64,000 nucleotides of DNA, from assembly GCA_963771465.1 (NCBI GenBank), contig CAVYTU010000007.1:1-64000 (forward strand), read 5' to 3'. This DNA is from an uncultured delta proteobacterium. GTDB taxonomy: Bacteria > Desulfobacterota > Binatia > UBA9968. The translations under genes were made by a program, and so were the position numbers. Below are positions 39,448-49,451 of this stretch, piece after piece. How positions within the stretch are numbered: position 1 is the first letter of the stretch; the number at the start of each line of letters is the position of its first letter. The notes beneath the pieces were generated by a model. The model was given only the letters and a program-made list of their open reading frames with translations. It was not told the origin of the DNA and did not search any database.

Positions 39448-41151
39448 ATGTCCTACTTAGTCGTCGCGCGTAAATGGCGGCCGCAGAATTTCGAAGATAT
39501 TGCCGGCCAGGAGCATATTACTCACACGCTGCAGAACGCTATCCGTTCCGAGCGCGTTGCCCACGCCTACTTGTTCACCGGTGTGCGCGGCGTTGGCAAG
39601 ACCACCGCGGCGCGCATTCTTGCCAAGGCGCTTAATTGCGAGCAGGGTCCGACCGCCACGCCATGTAATCATTGCAGTCACTGTGACGAGATCACCCAAG
39701 GTAGCTGTTTAGACGTTCTTGAGATCGACGGTGCGTCCAATCGTGGCATCGATGAGATCCGCCAGATTATCGAGAACGTGCGTTACCAACCGGCAAAATG
39801 CCGCTTTAAAATTTATATCATCGACGAAGTGCATCAAGTCACCAAGGACGCTTTCAACGCCCTGCTCAAAACGCTGGAAGAACCGCCGCCGTCGGTGAAG
39901 TTCATTCTGGCGACCACCGAACCGCATCGCTTGCCGGAAACGATCCTGTCGCGTTGCCAGCGTTATGATTTTCGCCGAATTAATCTGCGAGAAATCGTCC
40001 AACGCCTCGGTGCCATCGCTAAAAGCGAAGGGCTGAACATTACCGAAGGCGCACTCGTTCTGCTCGCCCGGGAAGCTGACGGCAGCATGCGCGACGCGCA
40101 GTCGTTGCTCGAGCAAGTGCTGGCTTGCGCCGATCCTGCCGGCGGCAAGGCCGAGAGAACCGCCGTCGACGAAACTTTGCTGCAAGAGATTCTCGGCCTG
40201 GCCGAGCGTCGAGTGCTTTATGAGATTTCGGCGGCGGTGCTTTCAGGCCAGGCCGCTAAATGTCTCGCGGTGGTCGCCGAAGTGGTTAACCAGGGACGTG
40301 ATCTTAATCGACTGTCGCGCGATCTTGTCGAACAATTTAGAAACCTTTTAGTGGCGCGGGTGGCCGGCCAGAAGAGCGCGCCAGCGAGCGGTGGCGGCGC
40401 GCCGTCGCTGCTGGATTTGCCCGACCAGGAGATCGCCGATCTCATTGAGCAAGCCGGCTCGGTTGCCGTCGAAATGCTGCTCGATTATTTCGATTTCATG
40501 GCTGCCGGCGATGAAGAGATCGCCCGCTCGGCGACGCCGAGGTTTGCTTTAGAAACTGTCTTGATTCGATTGGCGACTTTACCGCAGACGCTGCCGGTGG
40601 CAGAATTGATCGAGCGTTTGGAACAGTTGGAGGGCAAAGCGCCGGCCCCGGTGCGGCCTCAAGTGATGGCTCAACGGATCAGTGAACCGACGGCCGTTGC
40701 GCCGGCGCCGACGATTCGCGCAGCGTCGCCCTCAGTTGCCACCGTGCCTTATGTCGCCGAGCCGCCAGGGCGCGTTCCATCGGGCGATGTTTGGCGCGAT
40801 TTTGTCGCCTTCGTCGGTAAAGAGAAAAAGTTTCTCGCCTCTCATCTCGACGCCGCGACAGCGCAAAGTTTACCCCCGGGACAATTAAAGATCAGCGTCG
40901 CCGAGCGCCATCATTTGGTCTTCCTGCAAGACAGCGATAATTTCGCGACGCTGAAGGATCTAGCCAAGAGATTTTTCGCCGCCGATGTCGCCGTGCAAAT
41001 TTCCGCGATGCTTGCGGATACTTCGGTGCTGCCGGCCGATGGTGGTGCACGCGCATCGGCCGGGCCGGCGGCCGATCGTAGCGAGATGGTCAAAGAGGCG
41101 CTGCGGATATTCGGCGGATCGGTGCGCACGGTGCGACGGGAAAACAACTAA
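39448..41151 (+). CDS. dnaX: DNA polymerase III gamma/tau
   Basis: ARKWRPQ, GVRGVGKTT, IDEVH, AFNALLKTLEEPP, SRCQ, GSMRDA. Confidence 0.97.
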   Translation: MSYLVVARKWRPQNFEDIAGQEHITHTLQNAIRSERVAHAYLFTGVRGVGKTTAARILAKALNCEQGPTATPCNHCSHCDEITQGSCLDVLEIDGASNRGIDEIRQIIENVRYQPAKCRFKIYIIDEVHQVTKDAFNALLKTLEEPPPSVKFILATTEPHRLPETILSRCQRYDFRRINLREIVQRLGAIAKSEGLNITEGALVLLAREADGSMRDAQSLLEQVLACADPAGGKAERTAVDETLLQEILGLAERRVLYEISAAVLSGQAAKCLAVVAEVVNQGRDLNRLSRDLVEQFRNLLVARVAGQKSAPASGGGAPSLLDLPDQEIADLIEQAGSVAVEMLLDYFDFMAAGDEEIARSATPRFALETVLIRLATLPQTLPVAELIERLEQLEGKAPAPVRPQVMAQRISEPTAVAPAPTIRAASPSVATVPYVAEPPGRVPSGDVWRDFVAFVGKEKKFLASHLDAATAQSLPPGQLKISVAERHHLVFLQDSDNFATLKDLAKRFFAADVAVQISAMLADTSVLPADGGARASAGPAADRSEMVKEALRIFGGSVRTVRRENN

Positions 41152-41194
41152 CGAATTTAAGTCGGTTCAAATGGCGGCATTGCCAGGAGGAATG

Positions 41195-41518
41195 ATGGCA
41201 AGTATCGGTGGTATGGGAAACCTACTCAAGCAAGCCCAAGAGATGCAAGCGCGGATGGCCAAAATTCAGGATGAGCTGGCCGGCAAGACAGTGCAGGGTT
41301 CCTCCGGAGGCGGCATGGTGCAAGTGACGGTGAACGGTCAGTTCAATCTCACCGCAGTGAAGATCGAAGCCGCCGCGGTCAATGCCGATGAAAAAGATAT
41401 GTTAGAGGACTTGATCTTGACGGCGGTCAACGACGGCATGCGCAAAGCACGCGAGATGGCCTCGGCGGAAATGGCCAAGCTTACCGGCGGCCTAAAAATT
41501 CCCGGCTTGATGCCGTAA
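41195..41518 (+). CDS. ybaB: nucleoid-associated protein YbaB/EbfC
   Basis: LLKQAQEMQ, SGGGMV.V..NG, MLEDLI..AVN. Confidence 0.95.
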   Translation: MASIGGMGNLLKQAQEMQARMAKIQDELAGKTVQGSSGGGMVQVTVNGQFNLTAVKIEAAAVNADEKDMLEDLILTAVNDGMRKAREMASAEMAKLTGGLKIPGLMP

Positions 41519-41620
41519 TCCATCCCGTTAAGTCTGGTGTAATAGATTTCCGTTTCCAGCATCCGGAATTTAAAGTATGAAATTTGACAATTCAAAGGCC
41601 AAAGGCAGCGAGGCCCATTC

Positions 41621-42241
41621 ATGACGATGTATCCGGCGCCGCTGGCCCGGCTGATTCAAGAGCTCTCCAAGCTTCCCGGTATTGGCGAGAAATCCGCCGC
41701 GCGCTTGGCGTTTCACATGTTGAAGGGCAAAAAAGACGATGTCTTTCGTTTGTCCGAGAGCATTGGCAGATTGCGCCAAGAGATTGGATTGTGCCAACGC
41801 TGCTTCGGTTTCAGCGAGGTAAAAGCGCAAGATGAAGACGGCGCGCTGTGTGATGTCTGCCGCAATTTCGACCGGGAAGCTGACAAGATCTGCGTCGTCG
41901 AAGAGCCCGCTGACATGATCGCAGTGGAAAAGTCCCAGGAATTTCGCGGCCTCTATCATGTTCTGCACGGCACGATTTCACCGCTCGACGGGATTGGACC
42001 GGACGCTTTGCGAATTAAAGAGCTGCTTGAGCGATTGCGCGATACCGCGGTCAAAGAAGTCATCGTCGCGACCAATCCGACCATGGACGGCGAAGCAACC
42101 GCGCTCTATCTTTCCAAAGTGATTAAACCGCTCGGAGTTTCAGTCACGCGCATCGCGCGTGGCCTGCCCATGGGTGGTGATCTCGAATATACGGATGCCG
42201 TGACTTTGGGAAAGGCTCTGGAAGGTCGGAGAGAAATTTAG
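41621..42241 (+). CDS. recR: recombination protein RecR
   Basis: LPGIGEKSAARLA, C4 zinc finger, YHVLHG, ATNPTMDGEATA. Confidence 0.97.
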   Translation: MTMYPAPLARLIQELSKLPGIGEKSAARLAFHMLKGKKDDVFRLSESIGRLRQEIGLCQRCFGFSEVKAQDEDGALCDVCRNFDREADKICVVEEPADMIAVEKSQEFRGLYHVLHGTISPLDGIGPDALRIKELLERLRDTAVKEVIVATNPTMDGEATALYLSKVIKPLGVSVTRIARGLPMGGDLEYTDAVTLGKALEGRREI

Positions 42242-42275
42242 CCGCGGCTTGCCGACCGTTAAGCGAATCGACTCA

Positions 42276-43310
42276 CTAGCCGAAAATTTTTCGCGCGAAA
42301 TCGATCATCAACCAGCTCAACATTGCGATTGCCGCCGAAGCCGGGATCGTAAGAATCCACGCCCAGACGATTCTGCCCGCAACATTCCAACGCACCGAAC
42401 GCAGCCGGCGCAAGGAGCCGACGCCGATGATCGCGCCCGTGATCGTGTGCGTGGTCGAAACCGGGATGCCAAAGTGAGCCGCGCCGAACAGGGTGAACGC
42501 GCCCGCCGCTTCTGCGGCGAAACCGCCGATTGGCTGAAGGCGCGTAATGCGCGATCCCATGGTGTGGACGATGCGCCAGCCTCCCGATAGCGTGCCGAGT
42601 CCGATGGCCGCATGCGCCATTAAAACAATCCAAAACGGGATAAGGAGTTTGCCCATCTCGTCGCTGACCAAATAGCGATACTCGGGGACAATGAACAGCG
42701 CGCCGGCGATAATGCCCATGGTTTTCTGCGCGTCGTTGGTGCCATGGCCGAGACTGTAAGCGGCCGCGGAGATCAGCTGGCCGCGGCGAAAAATATGGTC
42801 GACGCTGGCCGGAATCGACCGCTTGAAAATGTTGAGGATCGCCACCAAATTCAGCATGCCTAAACCCATGCCGAGGAGCGGTGCGAGGACAATAAATATT
42901 AGCGTCATGATCCACCCACCCGGTATAATGATGCCGAGTCCTGCCTTGGCGATGCCAGCACCGGCATAACCGCCGATCAAAGCGTGTGACGAGCTGGTTG
43001 GCAGCCCGACGTACCATGTGATCAGATCCCAAACGATGGCGCCGATCAGTGCCGCGAGGATAACGTAGGAATCGACCTGTTTGACGTCGAGCAGGCCGCT
43101 GCCGATGGTTTTGGCCACCGCGGTGCCGAAGGTAAAAGCCGCAACGAAGTTCCAAAAAGCGGCCCAGACGACGCCTTGCAGCGGCGTCAGCACTCGCGTC
43201 GAGACCACGGTGGCGATGGAATTGGCGGCGTCGTGAAAACCGTTGACGTAGTCGAAAGCGAGAGCGACGACGATGATAAAAATAGTCAGGACCAGAACCG
43301 GATCAGCCAT
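42276..43310 (-). CDS. pit: PiT inorganic phosphate transporter
   Basis: NGFHDAANSIAT, GLPTSSSHA, HGTNDAQK, PVSTTH. Confidence 0.95.
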   Translation of the reverse strand: MADPVLVLTIFIIVVALAFDYVNGFHDAANSIATVVSTRVLTPLQGVVWAAFWNFVAAFTFGTAVAKTIGSGLLDVKQVDSYVILAALIGAIVWDLITWYVGLPTSSSHALIGGYAGAGIAKAGLGIIIPGGWIMTLIFIVLAPLLGMGLGMLNLVAILNIFKRSIPASVDHIFRRGQLISAAAYSLGHGTNDAQKTMGIIAGALFIVPEYRYLVSDEMGKLLIPFWIVLMAHAAIGLGTLSGGWRIVHTMGSRITRLQPIGGFAAEAAGAFTLFGAAHFGIPVSTTHTITGAIIGVGSLRRLRSVRWNVAGRIVWAWILTIPASAAIAMLSWLMIDFARKIFG

Positions 43311-43929
43311 TTTTGATTACCACCCGTTGCAGCACGTCGGCGACATCTTCCATTCGGTCGGTGGTTTCTTCGAGCATTTCGTAGATTTCTTTCCAGCGAA
43401 TCAAGTTGAATAGGTCGTCTTTGTGACTGACGATATCCACCAGCGCTTCACGTAAAACACGGTCGCCGTTATTCTCGATGGTGTTGATCTCCTTAATGTG
43501 TTCCGCGACCAGACGAAAGTTTTTCTTTTCGCGCAGGTTGTGCATGGCTTCGTGGAGTTCGATGGCGCCGCTGCGGATCAATTGCCCCAACTGCCTGGCG
43601 CGTTCCGTCGGCGCTTCGATGCGAAAGATGACCATGCGAACGGCGGTGGCTTCGATGGCGTCCATGGTGTCATCCAAAGCCGAGATCAGCCTTTCAATAT
43701 CTTCGCTGTCGAGTGGGATGATCAAGGTGTGCATCAATAGATGCATCACTTCGTGGACGACGAAGTCGCCGCGGTGTTCCAGCTCAGTGATGTGGGCCAC
43801 TTTCGCTTCCACATGCTCATAATTGTCTAATAGATCTTGCAAAGCATCGGCCGCTTCAACCAGGTTGGCGGTGGCTTTCTCAAACCAGTCGTAGAATTTA
43901 GTTTCAGCCGGCAAAAACTGAAATTTCAT
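43303..43929 (-). CDS. DUF47 Pit accessory protein
   Basis: LEHRGD, PLDSEDI, IENNGD, IRWKEIYE.LE..TD. Confidence 0.92.
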   Translation of the reverse strand: MKFQFLPAETKFYDWFEKATANLVEAADALQDLLDNYEHVEAKVAHITELEHRGDFVVHEVMHLLMHTLIIPLDSEDIERLISALDDTMDAIEATAVRMVIFRIEAPTERARQLGQLIRSGAIELHEAMHNLREKKNFRLVAEHIKEINTIENNGDRVLREALVDIVSHKDDLFNLIRWKEIYEMLEETTDRMEDVADVLQRVVIKNG

Positions 43930-44044
43930 TATGATCGCTCCGAAAATATTGTCGATTAAATGGAAATTAGAATTCGGGAACTGGAAACGCGATGATACTT
44001 AGCACGCGCTCAGCCGAGGTTCAACTGAATCTGGAAAATTTGGA

Positions 44045-46255
44045 TTAAGCGAACAAGGCTTCTACACGCCGGCGAATCTCATCTCGCACTTGGCGGAAAA
44101 TAGGCAGGATTTCTTCTTCGGTCCCAGCGGCCGCAGCCGGGTCAGGAAGCGGCCAGTGAGAACGTTTTACTGTGGCAGCTAAGGTCGGACAATGTTCATC
44201 GGCATCGCCGCAAAGCGTGATCACTTGGTCGATGTCGTTCAGCGGTACCTTATCGAGTCCTTTTGAAGATTGCATGGAAATGTCGACGCCGGCTTCTTGC
44301 ATTACGCGCACAGCGAGCGGATGAATGGATTTCGGATCGGTGCCGGCGCTGAAAAATCGATAACGGCCATTGCCGAGATGACGCGCGAAGCCTTCGGCCA
44401 TCTGGCTGCGACACGAGTTGCCGGTGCACAGAAATAATAAAGACTGTGCTGGCTGGGCCGGCGCGACAGCCGGCAAGCGTACGCGCACCGTGGTTCCTTG
44501 GCTTATCACGCTGTCGATGCTGAATTCTCCGGCGTGAGCCTGGACGATATATTTGACGATGGCAAGGCCGAGTCCGGTGCCGCCAAGATCGCGCGAACGC
44601 GCCTTGTCGACGCGATAAAAGCGTTCGGTCAAGCGCGGCAGATCTTTTTCCGGTATGCCGGTGCCCGTGTCTTTGACGACAATCTCCACCCGAGACGGTT
44701 CGCCGTTTCTGCTTTGCACCTCACTCGCAGTTAGCGAGACGGCGCCGCCCGCGGGTGTATATTTGATCGCGTTGTCGACCAGATTGATAAACAACTGTTG
44801 CAAGCGATCGGTATCGCCAAGAATTTCTGGCAGGTTATCGTCGACTCCCTGGCTCAGTTTCACGTTTTTCTTGGCCGCCTGGTCCCAGAAAACTTCCAAG
44901 ACCCGCTGAATCAATTGTCGCGGTTTTAACCCTTTTGACGATAACTGAATTTTGCCGGATTCGAGATCGGATAAAGTGAGCAAATCTTCGGTCAACCGGC
45001 TCAGCCGTTCGGCATGACGCTCGATAATTTCGAGGAATTGCCGGCGATCCTCGGCGTCAGCGGGCGGTGTGTGCAGCAATGTCTCGACGTACCCCCTAAT
45101 CGCGGTGAGCGGTGTGCGCAGTTCATGGGACACGTTGGCGACGAAATCCGATCGCATGTTTTCCAATTTCTTGATGTCGGTGATGTCGTGGAAAACCATG
45201 ATCGATCCCAACGACATGCCAAGTGGCGTTCTTAACGGCACGGCGTTGATGCGAAACCAGCGCGTGTCGTCGAGCTCGACTTCCTTGGAATAGGACGCGC
45301 TGGCAAAATTCAACTTGAGCACATCTTGCAGGATGTTGTGAATTTCCGGATGGCGTGAAAGTTCGAGCACCGAGATGCCGTGCAGATCTCGGTCCGTAGG
45401 GGCGTGAAACATCGCCTTAGCTTGGTCGTTGATCACCATCACTTTGCCTTTGGGGTCGAGCACCAATACGCCTTCGACCATGCAGCGCAGGATCGATTCG
45501 GTTTTTTCTTTTTCGCCGGTGATCTGCCCGATATCGCCCCGGAGTTTTCGGCTCATCTCGTTTAGGTGCCGTTCGAGCAGCGCGATCTCGTCGCGGCCGC
45601 CATGGGGAAAGAAGTTATCCGGAAACGTGCCACTGGTAACTTGTCCCGAAAAGCGCACCAAACGGCGCACGCGACGGCTCAGGTCGCGCGAAAAAGCCCA
45701 GGCCAACAGTAGCCCGATCGCCGATGCGACGATCAAGCCGGTGAGCAACGACCGGCGAAACGAGCCGATAACGGTCTCAACCTCTTTGAGCGCTGTGGCG
45801 ACGCGCACGACGCGTTCCTGTCCGGCGCCGGATTGGTGGAAGGCGCGATAGAGCAGATCATAGCCAACGGTTGTGCTGTAGCGGATCGCCGTGCCGGCGC
45901 CGCTTCGCCTCGCTTCGATCACCTCAGGCCGCGCAGCGTGATTTTCCATGCGTATCGACGGTTCTGAGGAGTCACCTAAGACGCGTCCGTCCATGGCGAT
46001 TACAGTGATGCGCGAGCCCAAGTCGCGCGCCAACTGTCGGCAAAGGGCGTCCAAGGGCTGTCCCTCGATATCGAATGGGAGCACGCGGCCGAGCAGATGG
46101 GCTTCCTGGTCCATGCGTGCGCTCAGGGTGGCGATGTGAAATTCGCGAACTTGATTGTTCGAGTAAAAATAGAAGCCGGCGAAGAGCAGCGCGACGACGG
46201 AGAAATAGGAAAGAAAGACCTTGGCGACTAGGCTATTGTTCCAAAGCCTTTTCAT
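44045..46255 (-). CDS. phoR: PhoR sensor kinase fused to a C-terminal ArsC/LMW-PTP domain
   Basis: TM-HAMP-PAS, FVANVSHELRTPLT, NAIKY, ERFYRVDKARSR..GGTGLGL, then [15 protein letters not shown]...TLCGDADEHCP. Confidence 0.93.
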   Translation of the reverse strand: MKRLWNNSLVAKVFLSYFSVVALLFAGFYFYSNNQVREFHIATLSARMDQEAHLLGRVLPFDIEGQPLDALCRQLARDLGSRITVIAMDGRVLGDSSEPSIRMENHAARPEVIEARRSGAGTAIRYSTTVGYDLLYRAFHQSGAGQERVVRVATALKEVETVIGSFRRSLLTGLIVASAIGLLLAWAFSRDLSRRVRRLVRFSGQVTSGTFPDNFFPHGGRDEIALLERHLNEMSRKLRGDIGQITGEKEKTESILRCMVEGVLVLDPKGKVMVINDQAKAMFHAPTDRDLHGISVLELSRHPEIHNILQDVLKLNFASASYSKEVELDDTRWFRINAVPLRTPLGMSLGSIMVFHDITDIKKLENMRSDFVANVSHELRTPLTAIRGYVETLLHTPPADAEDRRQFLEIIERHAERLSRLTEDLLTLSDLESGKIQLSSKGLKPRQLIQRVLEVFWDQAAKKNVKLSQGVDDNLPEILGDTDRLQQLFINLVDNAIKYTPAGGAVSLTASEVQSRNGEPSRVEIVVKDTGTGIPEKDLPRLTERFYRVDKARSRDLGGTGLGLAIVKYIVQAHAGEFSIDSVISQGTTVRVRLPAVAPAQPAQSLLFLCTGNSCRSQMAEGFARHLGNGRYRFFSAGTDPKSIHPLAVRVMQEAGVDISMQSSKGLDKVPLNDIDQVITLCGDADEHCPTLAATVKRSHWPLPDPAAAAGTEEEILPIFRQVRDEIRRRVEALFA

Positions 46256-46952
46256 CAAACTTGTAGCCGACACCACGCAGAGTGAGGATCCACTGGGGTT
46301 TACTATCGTCCTTTTCGATCGCTTTGCGCAAGCGGCGGATATGGACGTCGACGGTGCGCGGCGTGACGAAGGTGTCGCCGCCCCAGACGCGGTCGAGCAG
46401 TTGGTCGCGATTCAAAACCCGGTTGGGGTTTTGCACCAAAAATTTTAGCAACTCAAATTCCTTGAGCGTAAGTTTGACGGTCTGGCCACGGGCGAACACT
46501 TCGTAAGTCGAAAAATCGATTTTGAGCCCACCTTTGTCGTAGGCGGGCACCTGTTCCGCGTTCGCCGCGCCATTGGCGCGGCGCAGGATGGCGCGCACTC
46601 GCGCCACCAGCTCGCGTGGACTAAAGGGTTTCGCCAAGTAATCGTCCGCTCCCATCTCCAGGCCGACCACTCGATCGGCTTCTCCGGCTTTGGCCGTCAG
46701 CATGAGTATCGGCAGCTTTGCCGTATCGGGCCGCTCTCTCAGCAGCCTGCAGACTTCAAGGCCGGACAATCCCGGCAACATGAGATCGAGAATGACCAAG
46801 TTCGGCTTGTCGCGCTGAACGATCTTGAGGGCGTGCTCGCCGTCCTCGGCTTCCAGCACCTTGTAACGCTCCTGAACTAGATTGTAGTGAACCAGCTTAC
46901 GAATATCGGGTTCATCTTCGACGATGAGAATTTTATGCGCGTTTGTTGACAT
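46233..46952 (-). CDS. phoB: OmpR-family response regulator PhoB
   Basis: ILDLMLP, GADDY..KPF, RTVDVHIRRLR, RGVGY; lies in pst operon. Confidence 0.92.
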   Translation of the reverse strand: MSTNAHKILIVEDEPDIRKLVHYNLVQERYKVLEAEDGEHALKIVQRDKPNLVILDLMLPGLSGLEVCRLLRERPDTAKLPILMLTAKAGEADRVVGLEMGADDYLAKPFSPRELVARVRAILRRANGAANAEQVPAYDKGGLKIDFSTYEVFARGQTVKLTLKEFELLKFLVQNPNRVLNRDQLLDRVWGGDTFVTPRTVDVHIRRLRKAIEKDDSKPQWILTLRGVGYKFDEKALEQ

Positions 46953-46958
46953 AAACCC

Positions 46959-47651
46959 TTATACCGACGGTGGCAACTGTTTCATGTGACGGATGCTCTT
47001 GCCCTTGACCATGAAGATGACCATTTCGGCGATGTTGGTGGCGTGATCAGCGATGCGTTCGAGATATTTGGAGATCGAGCTGATTTTCGTCGCCCGGCTG
47101 ATGGTCTGAACGTTTTCCAGCATAAAGGTGAGCGTCTCGCGGAATATCTGCGAGTTGAGTTGATCGACCTCGTCATCGTCCTTACAAACCTTGAGCGCTA
47201 AATCGGTATCTTCCCGCACGAAGGCGTCGAGACTTTCGCGGATCATGCGTTGGGAAATGCGCGCCATCCTTGGAATATCGATATAGGGCTTGAGTTGCGG
47301 CTCTTGATTGAGTTCCAACGCGCGTTCGCAGATATTGACCGCCATGTCGCCGATCCGTTCCAAATCGGTGGTGATTTTTAGTCCGGTAGTAATGAAGCGC
47401 AGGTCGCGTCCCGCGGGTTGGTGCAGGGCTAAGAGCTTGATGCACTGATCATCGATGTTGACGTCGAGTCGGTTCACTTCATGGTCGCGTTCGATGATGA
47501 TATTGCACAGGTCGGAATCGCGGTCGACTAAAGATTTGACCGCTTTCTGAATTTGGTCTTCGACCAATCCTCCCATGTAGAGGATTTCTTCGCGGAGTTT
47601 GGTCAGCTCTTCCTCGTATCGTTTGTCGGTATGCTCGTTTAACATCGGCAT
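46959..47651 (-). CDS. phoU: phosphate signalling protein PhoU
   Basis: QPAGRDLR, DLERIGD, LERIADHATNIAE. Confidence 0.96.
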   Translation of the reverse strand: MPMLNEHTDKRYEEELTKLREEILYMGGLVEDQIQKAVKSLVDRDSDLCNIIIERDHEVNRLDVNIDDQCIKLLALHQPAGRDLRFITTGLKITTDLERIGDMAVNICERALELNQEPQLKPYIDIPRMARISQRMIRESLDAFVREDTDLALKVCKDDDEVDQLNSQIFRETLTFMLENVQTISRATKISSISKYLERIADHATNIAEMVIFMVKGKSIRHMKQLPPSV

Positions 47652-47656
47652 CTCCC

Positions 47657-48506
47657 TTATCCGAAACGGCCGGTAATATAATCTTCAGTCTGACGCTTTT
47701 CCGGCGCGGTGAAGAGCTTGCCCGTTTCGCCAAATTCTACCAACTCGCCCAGATAGAAAAAAGCGGTGTAGTCCGACACCCGTGCCGCTTGTTGCATGTT
47801 GTGGGTGACGATGACGATGGTGAAAGTGTCTTTCAATTCGTGAATCAGCTCTTCGACTTTTGCCGTCGAGATCGGGTCCAAGGCGGAGCAGGGTTCATCC
47901 ATCAGCAGCACTTCGGGCTCCACCGCCATTGCCCGGGCGATGCAGAGGCGTTGCTGTTGGCCGCCGGATAAATCCGCCGCGCTCTTGTGCAAGTTGTCCT
48001 TGACTTCGTCCCAGAGGGCGGCGCGGCGCAAGCTTTTCTCGACGACTTCATCGAGAAAATGGCGATTGTTAATACCGACGATACGCAGGCCGTAGACGAC
48101 GTTCTCATAAATGCTTTTTGGGAAGGGATTCCATTTCTGAAAGATCATACCGACCCGGCGTCGCAGCTGAATGACGTCGGTCGACGGATCGTAGATGTTC
48201 TTGCCGTCGAGTTTGATGCTGCCGGTCACTCGGGTGCCCAGTACCAGATCGTTCATCCGGTTAAGACAGCGTAAAAGAGTCGTCTTGCCGCAACCGGAAG
48301 GACCGATGAACGCGGTAGCCTTCTTAGGCGCGATTTCTACGTTGATGGACTTCAGAGCCTGTTTTTCACCGTAATAAAAGTCGAGCGTCTTCCACGTTAA
48401 TCAACGGCGCGGCGGCCGATGCGTCAATCATGGGTTTCGCGATGCTCTCTAGTTTCACTTTGGGTGTGTCGCGCCGAATCGATCCGGCCGCCTCCTGTAA
48501 GTCCAT
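47657..48506 (-). CDS. pstB: phosphate ABC ATPase, +1 frameshift near 48392
   Basis: [32 protein letters not shown]; N-terminus MDLQ..LINV in another frame with GGAGG RBS. Confidence 0.92.
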
Positions 48507-48541
48507 CTTACCTCCATCTATTGAGTTTTTCACGACAGCGC

Positions 48542-49450
48542 CTACCATTTTATTCGTTTGCGGAAGCGATAGCGGAAATAGATCGCAATGCCATTCATGA
48601 CCAGGGTCATGACCATTAGAACCAGCCCGGTCGCGGCGGCGTTCAAATGGAACTCCTGTTGCGGACGGGAAACCCAATTGAACATTTGAATCGGCATTAC
48701 CGTGAACGGAGACATCAGCCAGTCAAACGAAATAAAGGGAAACTCAGGTTTGACCGGCGCGTCGGGAAGAAAGGCGATAAAAGTCAACGCGCCGATGGTA
48801 ATCAGCGGCGCGGTTTCACCGATAGCGCGTGAGAGCGCGATAATGATCCCGGTCAATATGCCTCCCATAGAGTAGGGAAGCACATGGTCTCGGGTGGTTT
48901 GCCATTTGGTCGCTCCTAGCGCTAACGCGGCTTCCCTCATACCGGCGGGGACGGCGCGAATCGATTCGCGAGTCGCGACGATCACGATCGGTAGGATGAG
49001 CAAGGCTAAGGTGAGCCCGGCGGTAAGAATGCTCTGACCCAACCCGAGCTGATAAACGAACAGACCCAGCGCCATGAGGCCGTAGACGATCGATGGAACG
49101 CCGGCAAGATTGGCGATGTTAATTTCAATCAGACCGGTCAACCAATTTTTTGGCGCGTATTCTTCAAGGTACGCGCCAGCCGCGACGCCCATCGGCACGG
49201 CCGCTAAGGCGGTGACGAACATGATCAAACAGGTGCCGACCCAGGCTGAGAGTATTCCGGCCTGGCCGGCGAAACGGGAAGGGAAGGAAGTAAAAAATGT
49301 CGCGGTCAACCGGCCGGCGCCATCGGCGGCCAATTGCACGATCAGCGCGGCGAGCGTAATCAGGCCGACACAGGTCGCCAACAGACCTAGGATGCCGAAT
49401 AAGCTGTCCAGCCGTTTGCGACGATGATTATTTTTCTCAGCGGCAGTCAT
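48542..49450 (-). CDS. pstA: phosphate ABC permease PstA
   Basis: NLAGVPSIVYG, RAIGETAP. Confidence 0.95.
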   Translation of the reverse strand: MTAAEKNNHRRKRLDSLFGILGLLATCVGLITLAALIVQLAADGAGRLTATFFTSFPSRFAGQAGILSAWVGTCLIMFVTALAAVPMGVAAGAYLEEYAPKNWLTGLIEINIANLAGVPSIVYGLMALGLFVYQLGLGQSILTAGLTLALLILPIVIVATRESIRAVPAGMREAALALGATKWQTTRDHVLPYSMGGILTGIIIALSRAIGETAPLITIGALTFIAFLPDAPVKPEFPFISFDWLMSPFTVMPIQMFNWVSRPQQEFHLNAAATGLVLMVMTLVMNGIAIYFRYRFRKRIKW

Positions 49451-49451
49451 G

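Noticed and set aside
40815-40835. dnaX programmed -1 frameshift site
   Set aside because: Sequence is G AAA AAG, not A AAA AAG, and no clear stimulatory hairpin follows
48380-48400. Programmed frameshifting in pstB (also VIT1, phoX, arsC)
   Set aside because: Scattered single-base indels in short runs across unrelated genes are better explained by sequencing error
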